DNA of 64,000 bases, from positions 116,374,001-116,438,000 of the forward strand of contig CM069133.1 of the NCBI GenBank assembly GCA_035221665.1. Direction: 5' to 3'. This DNA is from Okamejei kenojei. Its lineage: Eukaryota. Below are positions 25,942 to 39,545 of this stretch, piece after piece. The translations under genes were made by a program, and so were the position numbers. The notes beneath the pieces were generated by a model. The model had not been told where the DNA came from. It ran no database searches and worked only from the letters and a program-made list of their open reading frames with translations. Each line of letters opens with the position of its first letter. Position 1 is the first letter of the stretch.

Positions 25942-26250
25942 GTGTAGTCCAGTTTAGTTTAGAGATACAGCGTCGAAACATGCCCTATGGCCCACCAAGT
26001 CCGCATCAAACAGTGATCCATGCACATTAACACTATCCTACACACACCAGGGAAAAATGTACAATCATTCCAAGCCAGTAAACCTACAAACCTGTACGTC
26101 TTTGGTGTGGGGGAGGAAACCAAAGATCTCGGAGAAAACTCATGTGGTCATGGATAGAATGTACAAACTCTGTACAGACAGCACACTTAGTTGGGATCGA
26201 ACCCGGGTTTCCGGCGCTGCAAGTTCTACTGCTGCGCCACTGTACCACCA
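25942..26250 (-). mobile_element. tRNA-derived SINE (HE1/V-SINE-like) inserted in a CR1 3' UTR
   Basis: Intact B box GGTTCGATCCC (26193-26203, minus strand) and (AAACT)n tail. CR1 UTR sequence flanks both sides. Confidence 0.8.
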
Positions 26251-29200
26251 CTACTCTGCCTTTCAATTATGGCTTGATCTATCTTTCCCTTTCAACCCCA
26301 TTCTCCTGCGTTCTCCTCATAACCCCTGGCACCACATTTCTTAAGCCAGTGGTCAGCGCCACAAATTGCTTATGCAACGATTTGGATCTCGCAGGTTGTC
26401 AATGAAATTAATGATGTCACAAACAATCAAAAACACCAAACAACATTTTAAAAATATATATTAAAACTGAAAATAACACTCAGCACACTGAACACCAATT
26501 AATGCATTTAGAAAAGATAATTAATTCAAGGAACAAGGCTTACTGACTAACGCTCCCATTACCCCATAGCTCTTTTTTCTGACTGATTTCAATGGGCCTT
26601 TTGTACTTGCAGGCACCAGCGCAGTGAGCAGATGTTCGAGACTGATTGGGAACTGCCCCATTGGATTCCACGATGAATCCAATGGTGCACTGCAGGCCTT
26701 GCATCAGCAACACAAAAGATGCCATCACAGGCTCAAGCCCACACCATCCCTGGTTTACAGGATATCCATGTAAAAACACAGACAAGCACAATTGAAGTAT
26801 TGGTACCCAAGTGGGATATTTTCCCCTTTGATATATATGTACAGTCCTGGAAAAATAAACATTCAGGTTTTAAGGAACACTTAGAGATACAGAACTACAG
26901 AAATATAGCAAAGGAACTTAGTCTGAATCAGCTGTACTATGTAGCATTTATGCATACACATTCATACCTTCAATTGATAGCAAAACAGACCATTTAAAAT
27001 AAAAATGTTCTATAGTTTTAAGAAACTACATTTCTGTTGGGCAGTATTGTATCATTTTACCTGATAATAACTTACTGAAGTAGTTGACACAAACTATTTC
27101 AACCAAAGGTTTAAATATCTGGTAATGAAATGCAACCTATAAATAATTGCAGATGTACAGTATGTGTGCGTATACTCACTCACATGTGTGCATATCGATA
27201 CAAAGCCTTAAAGCTGTAAATTAATATAATTACTTTGAGGAATAAAATGTTTATTGGGAAGAAAAACCCAATGGGATATTTGACCTGAAACATTGACTGG
27301 TTTCCCTTTCCACAAATGCTGCTTGATTGGCAGAGGTCTTCCAGCATTTGTTTTGTTGGTTATTGCTAAAATGGATTTGTTATTTTTTTTAGAAGGGGTA
27401 CACAATGTAGTAACTGCGTATACTTTTAGAACTGAGTGTACCATGTGGTACAAATTTTGAAATATTGCCGTAACTGCCTTACTAACGGAAATATCAAATA
27501 ATCTACAGAATCTATAGCAACTGAAATTGTTCATTTGTGGATACATTATAGTCATAGCTTCAGCACCTCTGATGCCTAAATGTGGTGACAAGAATTAAAC
27601 ACAATATGCCAGCTATGGATGAACAAGTCTCAAAGGTTCATCCTGACTTTCTTGCTCTTCAGGTCTAATGGCAAGCATTTTTAGAACCCAAAATATTTCT
27701 TGTTACTTGATGTTGGTATGGATCCCATTAATACACTCTGCATGGTACTTATCATCTAAAATGGGAAATCCCAATGAAGGTATTTTTGTGATTCACAGCG
27801 TTCTTCCCCAGTTTGTTTATAAATTCCTTGCCAGTCATTGAAGCATGTTTAACGCTCACTATGGAGCAGAACAGTGACTGTGGAACCCAGCCTGTCAGAA
27901 CTGAAGCCAGAGAGGCCATAACCACAGTAGCAGGTTTAAGGGTAAGAAGTCAAAGAGAGGGTACTTAAAAAACTAATAGGGGAACCCAGGTGTCACTGAA
28001 ATAAGACCAACAGGAATATCACATTCCACCACGTAGAAGCAGGCCTCGTGTTAGAAAAACTTGCATCTGCAAGCATAGTATGTAAACTCCAACACAAGTA
28101 CAAATCCTAGAAGAGGTTCTGAATATACATTGCATTGCATATCACTAATGCCACATTAGGTATGCAGGGTCCTCAATGTGTTATGCAAGAAGGCAGCAAA
28201 GCGACCTAGAATTATGCACTTGAATTTTGCAATCCACACCCAGTCTGTGATTTCCATTCAGGTGTTCGTTTTTAAAGAAATTGGATCACTTACTACAAAA
28301 AAATATGGTGTGGTATTTTATGATCTAATTTCTAGGCAATCAATTCTGTAGCCAGCCTGTATTTTGGGATGTTGTATACTTGGCATTTATTGCCCACCTC
28401 TAGTTCCCCCCAAAGGATCGAAGTACAAGTTAACATGACTAGATGGATTACTAAGCCACATGAGGGCAGTTAAAAATCACAAATCACATTTATGTTCTGC
28501 ACAAGTCACAGAGAACAGATAGGCAAAAATGGAAAGTGATCTCTTCCAAGCATCTCAATCAACCAGATGTTTTTTTATGGAGACACAAGGAACTGCAGAC
28601 CTGGAATCTATATTTATCTAGGAATCTATGGGGTTTTTTTAATGTTTATCCTGTATCGTTTTATAATCTAGCTTATAACCTATTTTCTCAGGCGATGCCA
28701 ACTTTTGAATTCATTTTTATTTTGAATCTGGAAATTAAAAGTTTGAAACTGCTAAAGTGGCATATAAATTAAGATTCTTGTATTTTTAGTCTAAATGACA
28801 TTATTAATCCTATAGTTCCACTCTACCTCTCAAAACATAGTGATTTATATCCACATGGGATGTAAAGTCATGGGATGCAGTAGAAGTACAAACTGAAAAA
28901 GCAGGCGCTAATGTGTACAGAAAGGCATATCAGGGAGTGACATGTATGTCTCCATATTTCCATGCTCCAAAAATATTTTATTTCCAAAACAGCGAAAAGA
29001 TCATTCTCAGGATCATGAAGCAAAGATTGGGCGCTTCATCACCACCATTCCTGAGCTACCAGAGTAACATTCTCATGCTACAAAAAAAAATCCACAAAAA
29101 CTGAAGAAAAATGAATACCCATAAAATTAAATATCTGTACTGAAGGATAAATATACCCAGATTGCAGAAAATAATTGTTCAATAACTATAAAGCTGCCAA

Positions 29201-32200
29201 GCCCTAATTTATCCTGTGTCTTGCCCAAAGACAAACAGCTCATGATTCCTTTTTTTTATTAAATCATAGAGATTCACTCCTACTGCATTACGTTTCTGTG
29301 CATGATCTGGTAAAACCTATTTATGTATACTGTGCTTCATTGCTTCAGCTCCGTGGCTGCGTTTTGTCCTACTCCTGACTGTCCATCCATACTGCCTATG
29401 CAGACATATCTATTTCTATCTCTGATCTTGAAAATAGTCTGTGATTGAAATCTACAGTTTTCTGGGGAAGAAGGTTTTAAAGTTTCTCAATTTAAAACAC
29501 ATAATAAATATTTATTTGGTCCTAAATGGTCTACTCCATATATTAAGATATTGCACTTAGTTTAAAGACTTTGGATAGTGTTTATAGCCATTTGGAATCC
29601 AGTAAGGTTCTGGGAGTTTCAGTGATGCATTGTGAATCTGTAAACTCCAACTTGAAACTTGAAGGAGTCGAAACTTCCTTCTCAGAAGCTAAATCCCACG
29701 CCCTGGACTCACCTGCAATGTCTCAGAGCACCCAAAAGCCTAGTTTACAGAATTTCCTTCAAATTCAACACATTTGCTTGACCCGTCTCAGCATATAATA
29801 CTCCAATTTCTTATTCAAGATCCATTATTTACCCTCTCTACAAAAACTATGAACTCAGTTCTACAATAAGTTCACAAATCCACATTTTCTCAATTCCAAA
29901 AACTGCCGCAAACAATCCGAAGCAATAAATGTCTCAGTTTCTTCCAAGCGCAAACATGTCTGGTTTTTCAACCACAGTTAGAGACTCTATTGCTATACTC
30001 ACAACCTGGTATTTGTTGATCAGTACTCATCACCAACCTGTATTACTACATAACTTTGCTTGTTATGAAGAAAAAGTTATAGAATTTAACCAGAACAGCA
30101 ATGGAGTATGTGAGTATGTGAGGAATTAACAGTGCACGGAAGATATACTGAAGGATTAGATTCCGAAATCAAAGCACAATGAGGAGATCCATTATGGGTT
30201 AACAAAGACAGCAAGGAAAAAAAAAGTAAAAAGAAAATTAAGAGAATAATACAACATATAAGGAAGCCATTCAGATGCATCAGCTTCTTGAAAGAGTCAC
30301 CCAATTAGTTCCAATCCACTAGCCTTTTCCAATAGCATTTACACACAACTTTCAACTCCCCTTTACTTTATCTTTATTATTACTTCATAAAAACCATCTA
30401 AACGTCATTGGTGAGATGACAGGAATTTACCAGAAGCTGCACACATGCCACTGCCATTATTCCATCTGAAAACAGCATCTAGGATGCAATTCAAACAAAT
30501 TTGCGGTAACAAAAGATGCAATGTTGTTTGCAAATGCCCATCTATAATTTGTACCTCGATCATTAATTCTGAAAGTAAAATAAAATCTTCAGATTTCTTG
30601 ACAGAATAAAAAGCATGAAAGAGAACATAAGATAAATGATGGACAAAAATGGACAAGGATGAAAAAGAAAAGCAATGAAACTGAAAGCAATGCTTCTTAT
30701 AGCCATTTTCCCTTGCAGCGAGTATAATGATACTAGGTGTAATAAGAGAGACCTATTACACTAGGTCTCTCTTATTAAATCTTTATTTCAACATTTCTCA
30801 GACTCACCAATAGCCAGCATTGAAACCTTCTCTTCTCTGTGTGCTATGGCAAAGATTAAAAAATTAATGCAATGTAAAATTAAGTTTTCTACATATTTGT
30901 CTTGCAAATTCTTGTAAGCTATTTAAATATTTTGCCTAAGATCAACATAATTTCCCCCCCAAACCTCCACATAGTTGCCTTTTGGGTTAGTTTCAGTGAA
31001 AGCTTGTATTTTTTGCCTCTTCCGAAGGACATTTTGTACAAACATCATCTGACCAACAATTGACACCAAGCTGCATATTAGGTCACATGATGTCTTCATT
31101 AGATACTTTTATGCAGTACCTTTTTGTGACCGTGTGCACCAGTGTGATATATCAGCACCTCTGAGAAGTTAAAAATAAGGTTTTCAAATAGAGAACATGA
31201 ATTTGATTTTAAATGTTTTAGTCCTTAGTTTATTAAATTATGTTGTTTGGTCAAAACAGAAGAAACAGAAGAGGGGGTATATTTATGGAAAACATGTTGA
31301 TAAATATAGCTTTATTTCTAATTTGATGTGCATACTGTCACCTTCTTATTTGCCAGAATAATGCACTGCCTTCATGGAGTTCCAGAGGTCATGGTCTGGT
31401 TGTTAGATTGTTCACCTACTAATGACGGAGTGGAAGAAAAGTTTATTGGAGAATTAGAACATTTTTGGAAGCTTATTGGGCTGGAGGTTAATTCAGAGAG
31501 GAGTAAGTGTGAGGAAGAAACAAAGAAAATAGGTGCAGGAGTAGGCCATTCAGCCCTTTGAGCCAACACCACTGTTCAATATAATTAAGAACGAACTGGA
31601 ACAAAAGGAAGAGGATTTTGAAAAGCAGATGTGTGTTGAACCGAGAGTCAACATAGAAAATAGAGCACAAATGTTATGGGTGATTGGAATTAGGTACAGA
31701 TCAGAGTACAGACAGAATGGTTAGTATCATATTAGGTTTATGAAGACAGCAGGGGAAAAGTCAGTTAAGAAAGCATTAGGACAGTTCAATTTAAAAGCAA
31801 TGCATTTAGAATAAGGAGGAAGTAAATGCTCATGATAGCAAGGAAATGGCACCAGGAACTAGAGTCAGGCAAATAGACTAGAAGAAAGAGACATGGGCAT
31901 TTGGACAGGTGACCACTAGACCAGAATGTATTTTCCTCTGCTTTCCCTATCACAGAAAACATATGCTGCTGAATACACCTGGGCATAAAGGGATACTGAG
32001 TAGTGATTCTCTGGGCCAGGGAACATGCGTGACATTTCGTGGGATACTGGTCTAGGTGGGCGCAGGGATGGGTTGATGATGAGCTGGGCTCCAGGCCTCT
32101 CAACACCTTTGTGGAGAAAATTTAGCTCTGCAGTCCAGGCTGCATCCTCCACAATGGAAAAATAATATTTAAATTACATGATTATGAAATTGTACACTTT

Positions 32201-33477
32201 TAAAAACAATGCACATTTTTGAAATGTAGCATAACTTGTGATACTGAGTACAAGCAAACTTTTTGAAGATTCAATGGATCGCAAGCTGGCCTTGCTCTCC
32301 GACAGTAGTTATACATGCACTCTTTCTAGCACAGATCATGACTGCAAAATTGAGTCATTACTTTATTACCTTACACTGTCTAAAAGAGATAAATGTCAAC
32401 TACAATGACCAAACCAACATATGCTCTTTTAAAGTATTAAAAATCTAAGCAAGGCCTCGTGGTTTTTCTGGACTGTTCCACTTTAGGCAAAATTAATCCA
32501 GAGTAATTCATGGAGCGATTCCTCCTTCACTCCTTCCCAACATGCAAGTATTTCTATGGCCTGTGCACCATGATACAGTCTTCCTTATTCCTGCAGGACT
32601 TGAAGATTTCCCAAGAGGGCTTCAGTCGGCGGTAAACTGGTAAAAGCAATATATAACCAAAGGAAGTAGACCAGAGTAATTGTGCGCTTGCACTAAATTC
32701 TTCAATTCTTATGATACTATAGCAAAGACTAGACTATTGTGTTTGTTGAGATTTTGAAAGAAATTACCCATTAGGCTTGTCAATCTTGATTAGGTACTGG
32801 CATCTTTTTATACATAATGCTATTTTTTTGCAGATAAAAAGGTGCCGGTACCCAATCTAATCAAGGTCTCATGGTCTTTCTGGGTTGTTCAACTTTTGAA
32901 AGAGATTCCCTATTAGACCTGACAGACTGCTCATTGTCTCACTATCACTCTGCAAACAAAACAGAAAATAATATTTGCCCAAAATATCTTTTAGAAATTA
33001 ATATTGAATGTGCTCCCTTTCCAGAAGTGCAATCCAGATCTTGACATTCTAATTTAATATATAGAAATCCTTAACTACTCTTTGCTACTCTAGACAGTGT
33101 CTGAAACTTGTGACCTCTGTTTACTAACCATCTGGTCTAAAACATAAATCCCAGTACAAGAAGAAAGTCAAGCATCCAAAAGTATACTTGTGGGAGAAAC
33201 TTACCATGGAGGATTTTATTGTTGAGTGTAATAATACTGAATGAAAGCCTTTGACTTTTTACATACTTACATTTATACTATTTGTAAAATTCGAAGCTAA
33301 AAAAGTAGAAAAGGAAAGTTAAGTCATAACCAATCCTGCACACTGATGAATTTGAAATATTTCAAACTTGTGAAACTGTCATTTACATAAACTGGGATTC
33401 CACACTTTCCAACAGCTGGTTTTTATTCCAAGGTCTAACACCAATTCTTACACCAAGACCGTCAGTACGTGACAATT

Positions 33478-34070
33478 CATAGAAACTAGGTGCTGGAGGC
33501 CATCCGGTCCTTCGAGCCAGCATCGCTACTCATTGTGATCAGGGCTGATCATCCACAATCAGTAAACCGTGCCTGCCTTCTCCCCATACCCCTCAATTCC
33601 GCCCCAAGAGCTCTATTTAACTCTCTTTGAAATTCATAGAGATTTGGCCTCCACTGTGCAGAGAATTCCACAAATTCACAACTCTCTGGATGAAGCTTTT
33701 TTCTCATCTCATTTTTAAATGGCCTCCCCTTTATTCTTAGACTGTGGCCCCTGGTTCTGGATTCCCCCAACACTGGGAACATTTTTCCTGCATCCAGTCC
33801 TTTTATAATTTTATGTTTATAAGATCTGCTCTCATCTTGCTAAATTCCAGTGAATACAAGCCCAGTCTTTCCTCATATAACAGTTCTGTCATCCCGGGGA
33901 TTAACCTCGTGAACCTATGTTGCACTCCCTCAATAGCAAGAATGTCCTTCCTCAAATTAGGGGACCAAAACTGCACACAATACTCCAAATGTGCAACTGC
34001 AGAAGGACCTCTTTGCTCATATACTCAAATCCTCTCGTTATGAAGGCCAACATGCCATTAGCTTTCTTCA
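33478..34070 (-). mobile_element. Degenerate CR1 3' portion
   Basis: EYCVQFWSPNLRKDILAIEGVQHRFTRLIPG and ESRTRGHSLRIKG fragments. Confidence 0.85.
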
Positions 34071-34299
34071 CCTAAGTCTCGTTGCACTTCCCTTAAAAGA
34101 TAAGCTGTTTTTTTCCAATCTGACTGGGAATTCATTTCCCAAGAGAACATCAGTAAATCAGAAGGGCATTCAGATCACAGTCACAGTTTTAAAATCTAAT
34201 TTTTTCATACTCCCAAATCATTTAATTAATGGATTTTAATTTTCCCCAAATGGAAGTAATTAAAATCTGTAAAGCACTACCTCGATAGGAGGCCTGAGA

Positions 34300-34566
34300 T
34301 TGATGGTCTGCCTCAGGGATCAGTGCTGGGCCCATAATATATATTAACAATATATATTAACAATTTAGACAAGGGAATTAAATGTGACATCTCCAAGTTT
34401 GCAGATGACACAAAGCGGGGTGGCAGTGTGGGCTGCGATGAGGATGCTATGAGGCTGCAGGGTGACTTGGACAGGTTGGGTGAGTGGGCAGATGCAGAAT
34501 AATGTGGATAAATATGAGGTTATCCATTTTGGTGGTGAACAGGAAAGTAGATAATTATCTGAATGG
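34300..34566 (+). mobile_element. CR1 RT fragment
   Basis: PQGSVLGP...ISKFADDTK motifs. Confidence 0.8.
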
Positions 34567-34912
34567 TTAAGAAAGAACTGCAGATGTTCGAAAAATTGAA
34601 GGTAAACAAAAATGCTGGAGAAACTCAGCGGGCGAGGGGAAGGAATAGGTGACGTTTCGGGTCGAGACCCTTCTGTGGGGGTTGGGGGGGGCGGGAAGAT
34701 GAAAGGAAGAGGCAGAGACAGTAGGCTGTGGGAGAGCTGGGAAGGGGAGGGAGGGATAAAGCAAGGACTACCTGAAATTGGAGGTCAATGTCTATGCCAC
34801 TGGGGTGTAAACTACCCAAGTGAAATATGAGGTGCAGCTCCTCCAAAATGCGGTGGGCCTCATTCTGGCGATGGTGGAGGCTCAGGACAGAAAGGTCGGA
34901 TTCGGAATGGGG
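34567..34912 (-). mobile_element. Penelope-like element 3' end
   Basis: Homologous to 11567-12030 (LEELHLIFHLGSLHPSGIDID and terminal repeat). Confidence 0.8.
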
Positions 34913-34919
34913 AGTTATC

Positions 34920-35100
34920 AAGAATTGCAATGTGATCTTAATCAGATCGGTAAGTGGGCACAGGGTTTGGCTAATGGAGTTTCATTCAGATAAGTGTGAG
35001 ATGGGAAGTCAAACCAAGGCAGAAATGTCACAGTGAACAGTAGAGCCCCGAAGAGTGTTGCAGAGCAGAGGGATGCAGGAGTACAAATACATAGCCCTTG
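34920..35100 (+). mobile_element. Old host CR1, left half
   Basis: WLMEFHSDKCE motif. The element resumes at 39563. Confidence 0.7.
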
Positions 35101-38100
35101 AAACATAGAAACATAGAAATTAGGTGCAGGAGCAGGCCATTCGGCCCTTCGAGCCTGCACCGCCATTCAATATGATCATGGCTGATCATCCAATTCAGTA
35201 TCCTGTACCTGCCTTCTCTCCATACCCCCTGATCCCTTCAGCCACAAGGGCCACATCCAACTCCCTCTTAAATATGGCCAACGAACTGGCCTCAACTACC
35301 TTCTGTGGCAGAGAATTCCACAGATTCACCACTCTGTGTGAAAAACAATTTTCTCATCTCGGTCCTAAAAGACTTCCCCCTTATCCTTAAACTGTGACCC
35401 CTTGTCCTGGACTTCCCCAACATCGGGAACAATCTTCCTGCATCTAGACTGTCCAACCCCTTAAGAATTTTGTAAGTCTCTATGAGATCACCCCTCAATC
35501 TTCTAAATTCCAGCGAGTACATGCCAAATCTATCCAGTCTTTCTTCATATGGAAGTCGTGCCAACCCAGGAATCAGTCTGGTGAACCTTCTCTGTACTCC
35601 CTCTATGGCAAGAATGTCTTTCCTCAGATTAGGAGACCAAAACAGTACGCAATACTCCAGGTGTGGCCTCACCAAGACCCTGTACAGCTGCAGTAGAACC
35701 TCCCTGCTCTTGTACTCAAATCCTTTTGCTATGAATGCCAACATACCATTCGCTTTCTTCACAGCCTGCTGCACCTGCATACCTACTTTCAATGACTGGT
35801 GTACCATGACACCCAGGTCTCGCTGCATCTCCCCTTTTCCTAATCAGTCACCATTCAAATAATAGTCTACCTTCCTGTTTTTGTCACCAAAGTGGATAAC
35901 CTCACATTTATCCACATTATACTGCATCTGCCATGCATTTGCCCACTCACCCAGTCTATCCAAGTCATCCTGCAGCCTCCTAGCATCCTCCTCACAGCAA
36001 ACACTGCCCCCCAGCTTCCTGTCATCCGCAAACTTCGAGATGTTGCATTTAATTCCCTCGTCCAAATCATTAATGTATATTGTAAATAGCTGGGCTCCCA
36101 GCACTGAGTCTTGCGGCACCCCACTAGTCACTGTCTGCCATCCTGAAAAGGACCTTTTGTACCACATGTCTGTACGCAGACATTGCGTACAGTTTTGGTC
36201 TATTGCGTACAGTTTTGGTCTATTGCGTACAGTTTTGGTCTCCAAATCTGAGGAAGGACATTATTGCCATAGAGGGAGTGCAGAGAAGGTTCACCAGACT
36301 GATTCCTGGGATGTCAGGACTGTCTTATGAAGAAAGACTGGATAGACTCGGTTTATACTCTCTGGAATTTAGGAGATTGAGAGGGGATCTTATAGAAACT
36401 TACAAAATTCTTAAGGGGTTGGACAGGCCAGATGCAGGAAGATTGTTCCCGATGTTGGGGAAGTCCAGGACAAGGGGTCACAGCTTAAGGATAAGGGGGA
36501 AATCCTTTAAGACCGAGATGAGAAAGACTTTTTTCACACAGAGAGTGGTGAGTCTCTGGAACTCTCTGCCACAGAGGGTAGTTGAGGCCAGTTCATTGGC
36601 TATATTTAAGAGTGAGTTGGATGTGGCCCTTGTGGATCAGAGGGGTATGGAGGATCAGAGGGTATGGAGAGAAGGCAGGTACGGGATACTGAGTTGGATG
36701 ATCAGCCATGATCATATTGAATGGCGGTGCAGGCTCGAAGGGCTGAATGGCCTACTCCTGCACCTAATTTCTATGTTTCTATGTTTCTATGACCTGTTCA
36801 CTCCCACTCTTTGCTTCCCATCTGCCAGCCAGTTCTCTATCCACATCAATACTGAACCACCAATACCGTGTGCTTTAAGTTTGTATACCAATCTCTTGTG
36901 TGGGACCTTGTCGAAAGCCTTCTGAAAGTCCAGATATAACACATCCACTGCTCCTCCCTTATCCACTCTACTAGTTACATCCTCAAAAAATTCAATAAGA
37001 TTCGTCAGACATGATTTACCCTTCGTAAATCCATGCTGACTTTGTTCAATGATTTCACCACTTTCCAAATGCGCTGCTATCCCATCTTTAATAATTGACT
37101 CTAGCACTTTCCCCACTACCGATGTTAGACTCTCTGGTCTGTAATTCTCCGTTTTCTCTCTCCCTCCCTTTTTAAAAAGTGGGGTTACATTAGTTACCCT
37201 CCAATCCTCAGGAACTACTCCAAAATCTAAAGAGTTTTGAAAAATTATCACTAAGGCATCTGCTATTTCTGGGGCTACTTCCTTAAGTACCCTGGGATGC
37301 AGCCTATCTGGCCCTGGGGATTTATCGGCCTTTAATCCATTCAATTTACCCAACACCACTTTCCGGCTAACCTGGATTTCACTCATTTCCTCCATCTCAT
37401 TTGACCCGCGATCCCCTGCTATTTCCGGCAAATTATTTATGTCTTCCTTAGTGAAGACAGAACCAAAGTAGTTGTTCAATTGGTCTGCCATGTCCTTGTT
37501 CCCCATGATCAATTCACCCGTTTCTGACTGCAAGGGACCTACATTTGTTTTAACTAATCTTTTGCGCTTCACATATCGATAAAAACTTTTGCAGTCAGTT
37601 TTTATGTTTCCTGTCAGTTTCCTTTCATACTCCATTTTCCCTTTCCTAATTAAGCCCTTTGTCCTCCTCTGTTGGTCTCTGAATTTCTCCCAGTCCTCTG
37701 GTAGGCTGCTTTTTCTGGCTAATTTGTACGCTTCATCTTTTTCTTTGATACTATCCCTGATTTCCCTCATTATCCACGGATGCGCCACCTTCCCTGATTT
37801 ATTCTTTTGCCATACTGGGATGAACAATTGTTGTAGTTCATCAATGCAGTCTTTAAATGCCTTCCATTGCATATTCACCGTCAACCCTTCAAGAATCAAT
37901 TGCCAGTCGATCTTGGCCAATTCACGTCTCATACCCTCAAAGTTACCTTTCTTTAAGTTCAGGACCCGTGTTTCTGAATTAACAATGTCGCTCTCCATCC
38001 TAATGAAGAACTCAACCATATTATGGTCACTCTTGCCCAAGGGGCCACGTACAACAAGGCTGCTAACTAACCCTTCCTCATTACTCAATATCCAGTCTAG

Positions 38101-39545
38101 AATAGCCTGCTCTCTCGTTGGTTCCTCCACATGTTGGTTTAGAAAACTATCCCACATACATTCAAAAAAAAATCCTCTTCCTCAGCACCCCTGCCAATTT
38201 GATTCACCCAATCTATATGTAGATTGAAGTCACTCATTATAACGGTTTTACCTTCGTTGCACGCATTTCTACTACTGTTAGGTGGCCTGTACACAACACC
38301 CACTAGCGTTTTCTGCCCCTTAGTGTTTCGCAGCTCCACCCATATCGATTCTGCATCCTCCAAGCTAATGTCATTCCTTTCTATTGCATTAATCTCCTCT
38401 AACCAGCAACGCTACCCCACCTCCTTTTCCTCTCTGTCTATCTTTCCTGAATATTGAATATCCCTGGATGTTCAGCTCCCAGCCTTGGTCACCCTGGAGT
38501 CATGTCTCCGTGATCCCAACTATATCATAATTATTAATAGCTATCTGCACATTCAACTCATCCACCTTATTACGAATGCTCCTCGCATTGAGACACAAAG
38601 CCTTCAGGCTTGTTTTTACAACACTCTTGGCCCTTTTACAATTATGTTGAAAAGTGGCCCTTTTAGATTTTTGTCCTGGATTTGTTTTCCTGCCACTTTT
38701 CACCTCGCTACCTATTGCTCCTATCCTCATTTTACACCCCTCTGTCTCTCTGCTCACACATTTAAGAAACCCTCCACTTCTTATTCTCCGTTTCTTATTT
38801 TTTTCTTCTTTCCTCCCTACATGTTGCGTCTGACTGCTTCTCTTCTCTGCCTCCTGCCTCACAAACGAACTACTTGCCTTCTCTATTTGAGTCCCTCCCC
38901 TCAACCGATCTAGTTTAAAGTCTCCCCAGTAGCCTTTGCAAATCTCCCCGCCAGGATATTGGTTCCCCTCGGGTTCAAGTGCAACCCGTCCTTTTTGTAC
39001 AGGTCACACCTTCCCCAAAAGAGGTCCCAATGATCCAGAAACTTGAATCTCTGCGCTCTGCACCAGTCCTTTAGCCACGCATTTATCCTCCACCTTGCTC
39101 CATTCCTACTCTCACTGTCGCGTGGCACAGGCAGTAATCCTGAGATTGTTGCCTTTGCGGTCCTTCTCCTTTACACTCTTCCTAACTCCCTAAATTCTCC
39201 TTTCAGGACCTCCTCTCTTTTTCTACCTATGTCATTGGTACCTATATGTACCACGACCTCTGGCTCCTCTCCCTCCCATTTCAAGATATCTTGGACACGT
39301 TCAGTCACATCCTGGACCCTGGCACCAGGGAGGCAAACTACCATCCGGGTCTCCTGACTGCGTCCACAGAATCGCCTATCTGACCCCCTAACTATAGAGT
39401 CCCCTATTACTGCTGCCCTCCTCTTCTTTTCCTTACCCTTCTGAGCAACAGGGCCGGTTTTTGTACCGGAGGCCCGTTCGCTGTTGCTACCCCCAGGTAG
39501 GCTGTGCCCCCCAACAGTACTCAAACAGGAGTATTTATTGCCAAA
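35101..39545 (-). mobile_element. Long CR1 LINE (ORF1 SGNH esterase, APE endonuclease, RT, 3' tail), frameshifted and interrupted by a nested CR1 at 36156-36790
   Basis: ORF1 motifs IGDSIVRG, HIGTND and DGLHL. Endonuclease motifs LNARSIRNK..IVGITET, GVVYRPP and SDHN. RT motifs QHGF, YLDFQKAFDKV and KFADD. Tail aaacatagaaacatagaa at 35101. Confidence 0.95.
36156..36790 (+). mobile_element. Young 5'-truncated CR1 nested antisense in the long CR1
   Basis: Near-identical to 9580-10124. Target duplication GACCT (36151-36155 and 36791-36795), with a 20-bp triplication at the 5' junction. Confidence 0.93.

Noticed and set aside
26180-26250. tRNA gene (intact B box)
   Set aside because: It is the tRNA-derived head of a SINE, continuous with the SINE core and tail. 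No full cloverleaf is evident.
36787-38157. 456-aa ORF as a host gene
   Set aside because: It is the endonuclease-RT part of CR1 ORF2, frameshifted upstream and interrupted by a nested insertion.
35482-39357. Long plus-strand ORFs (35482-35862, 35881-36330, 37589-38227, 39043-39357)
   Set aside because: Antisense shadows of CR1 coding sequence.
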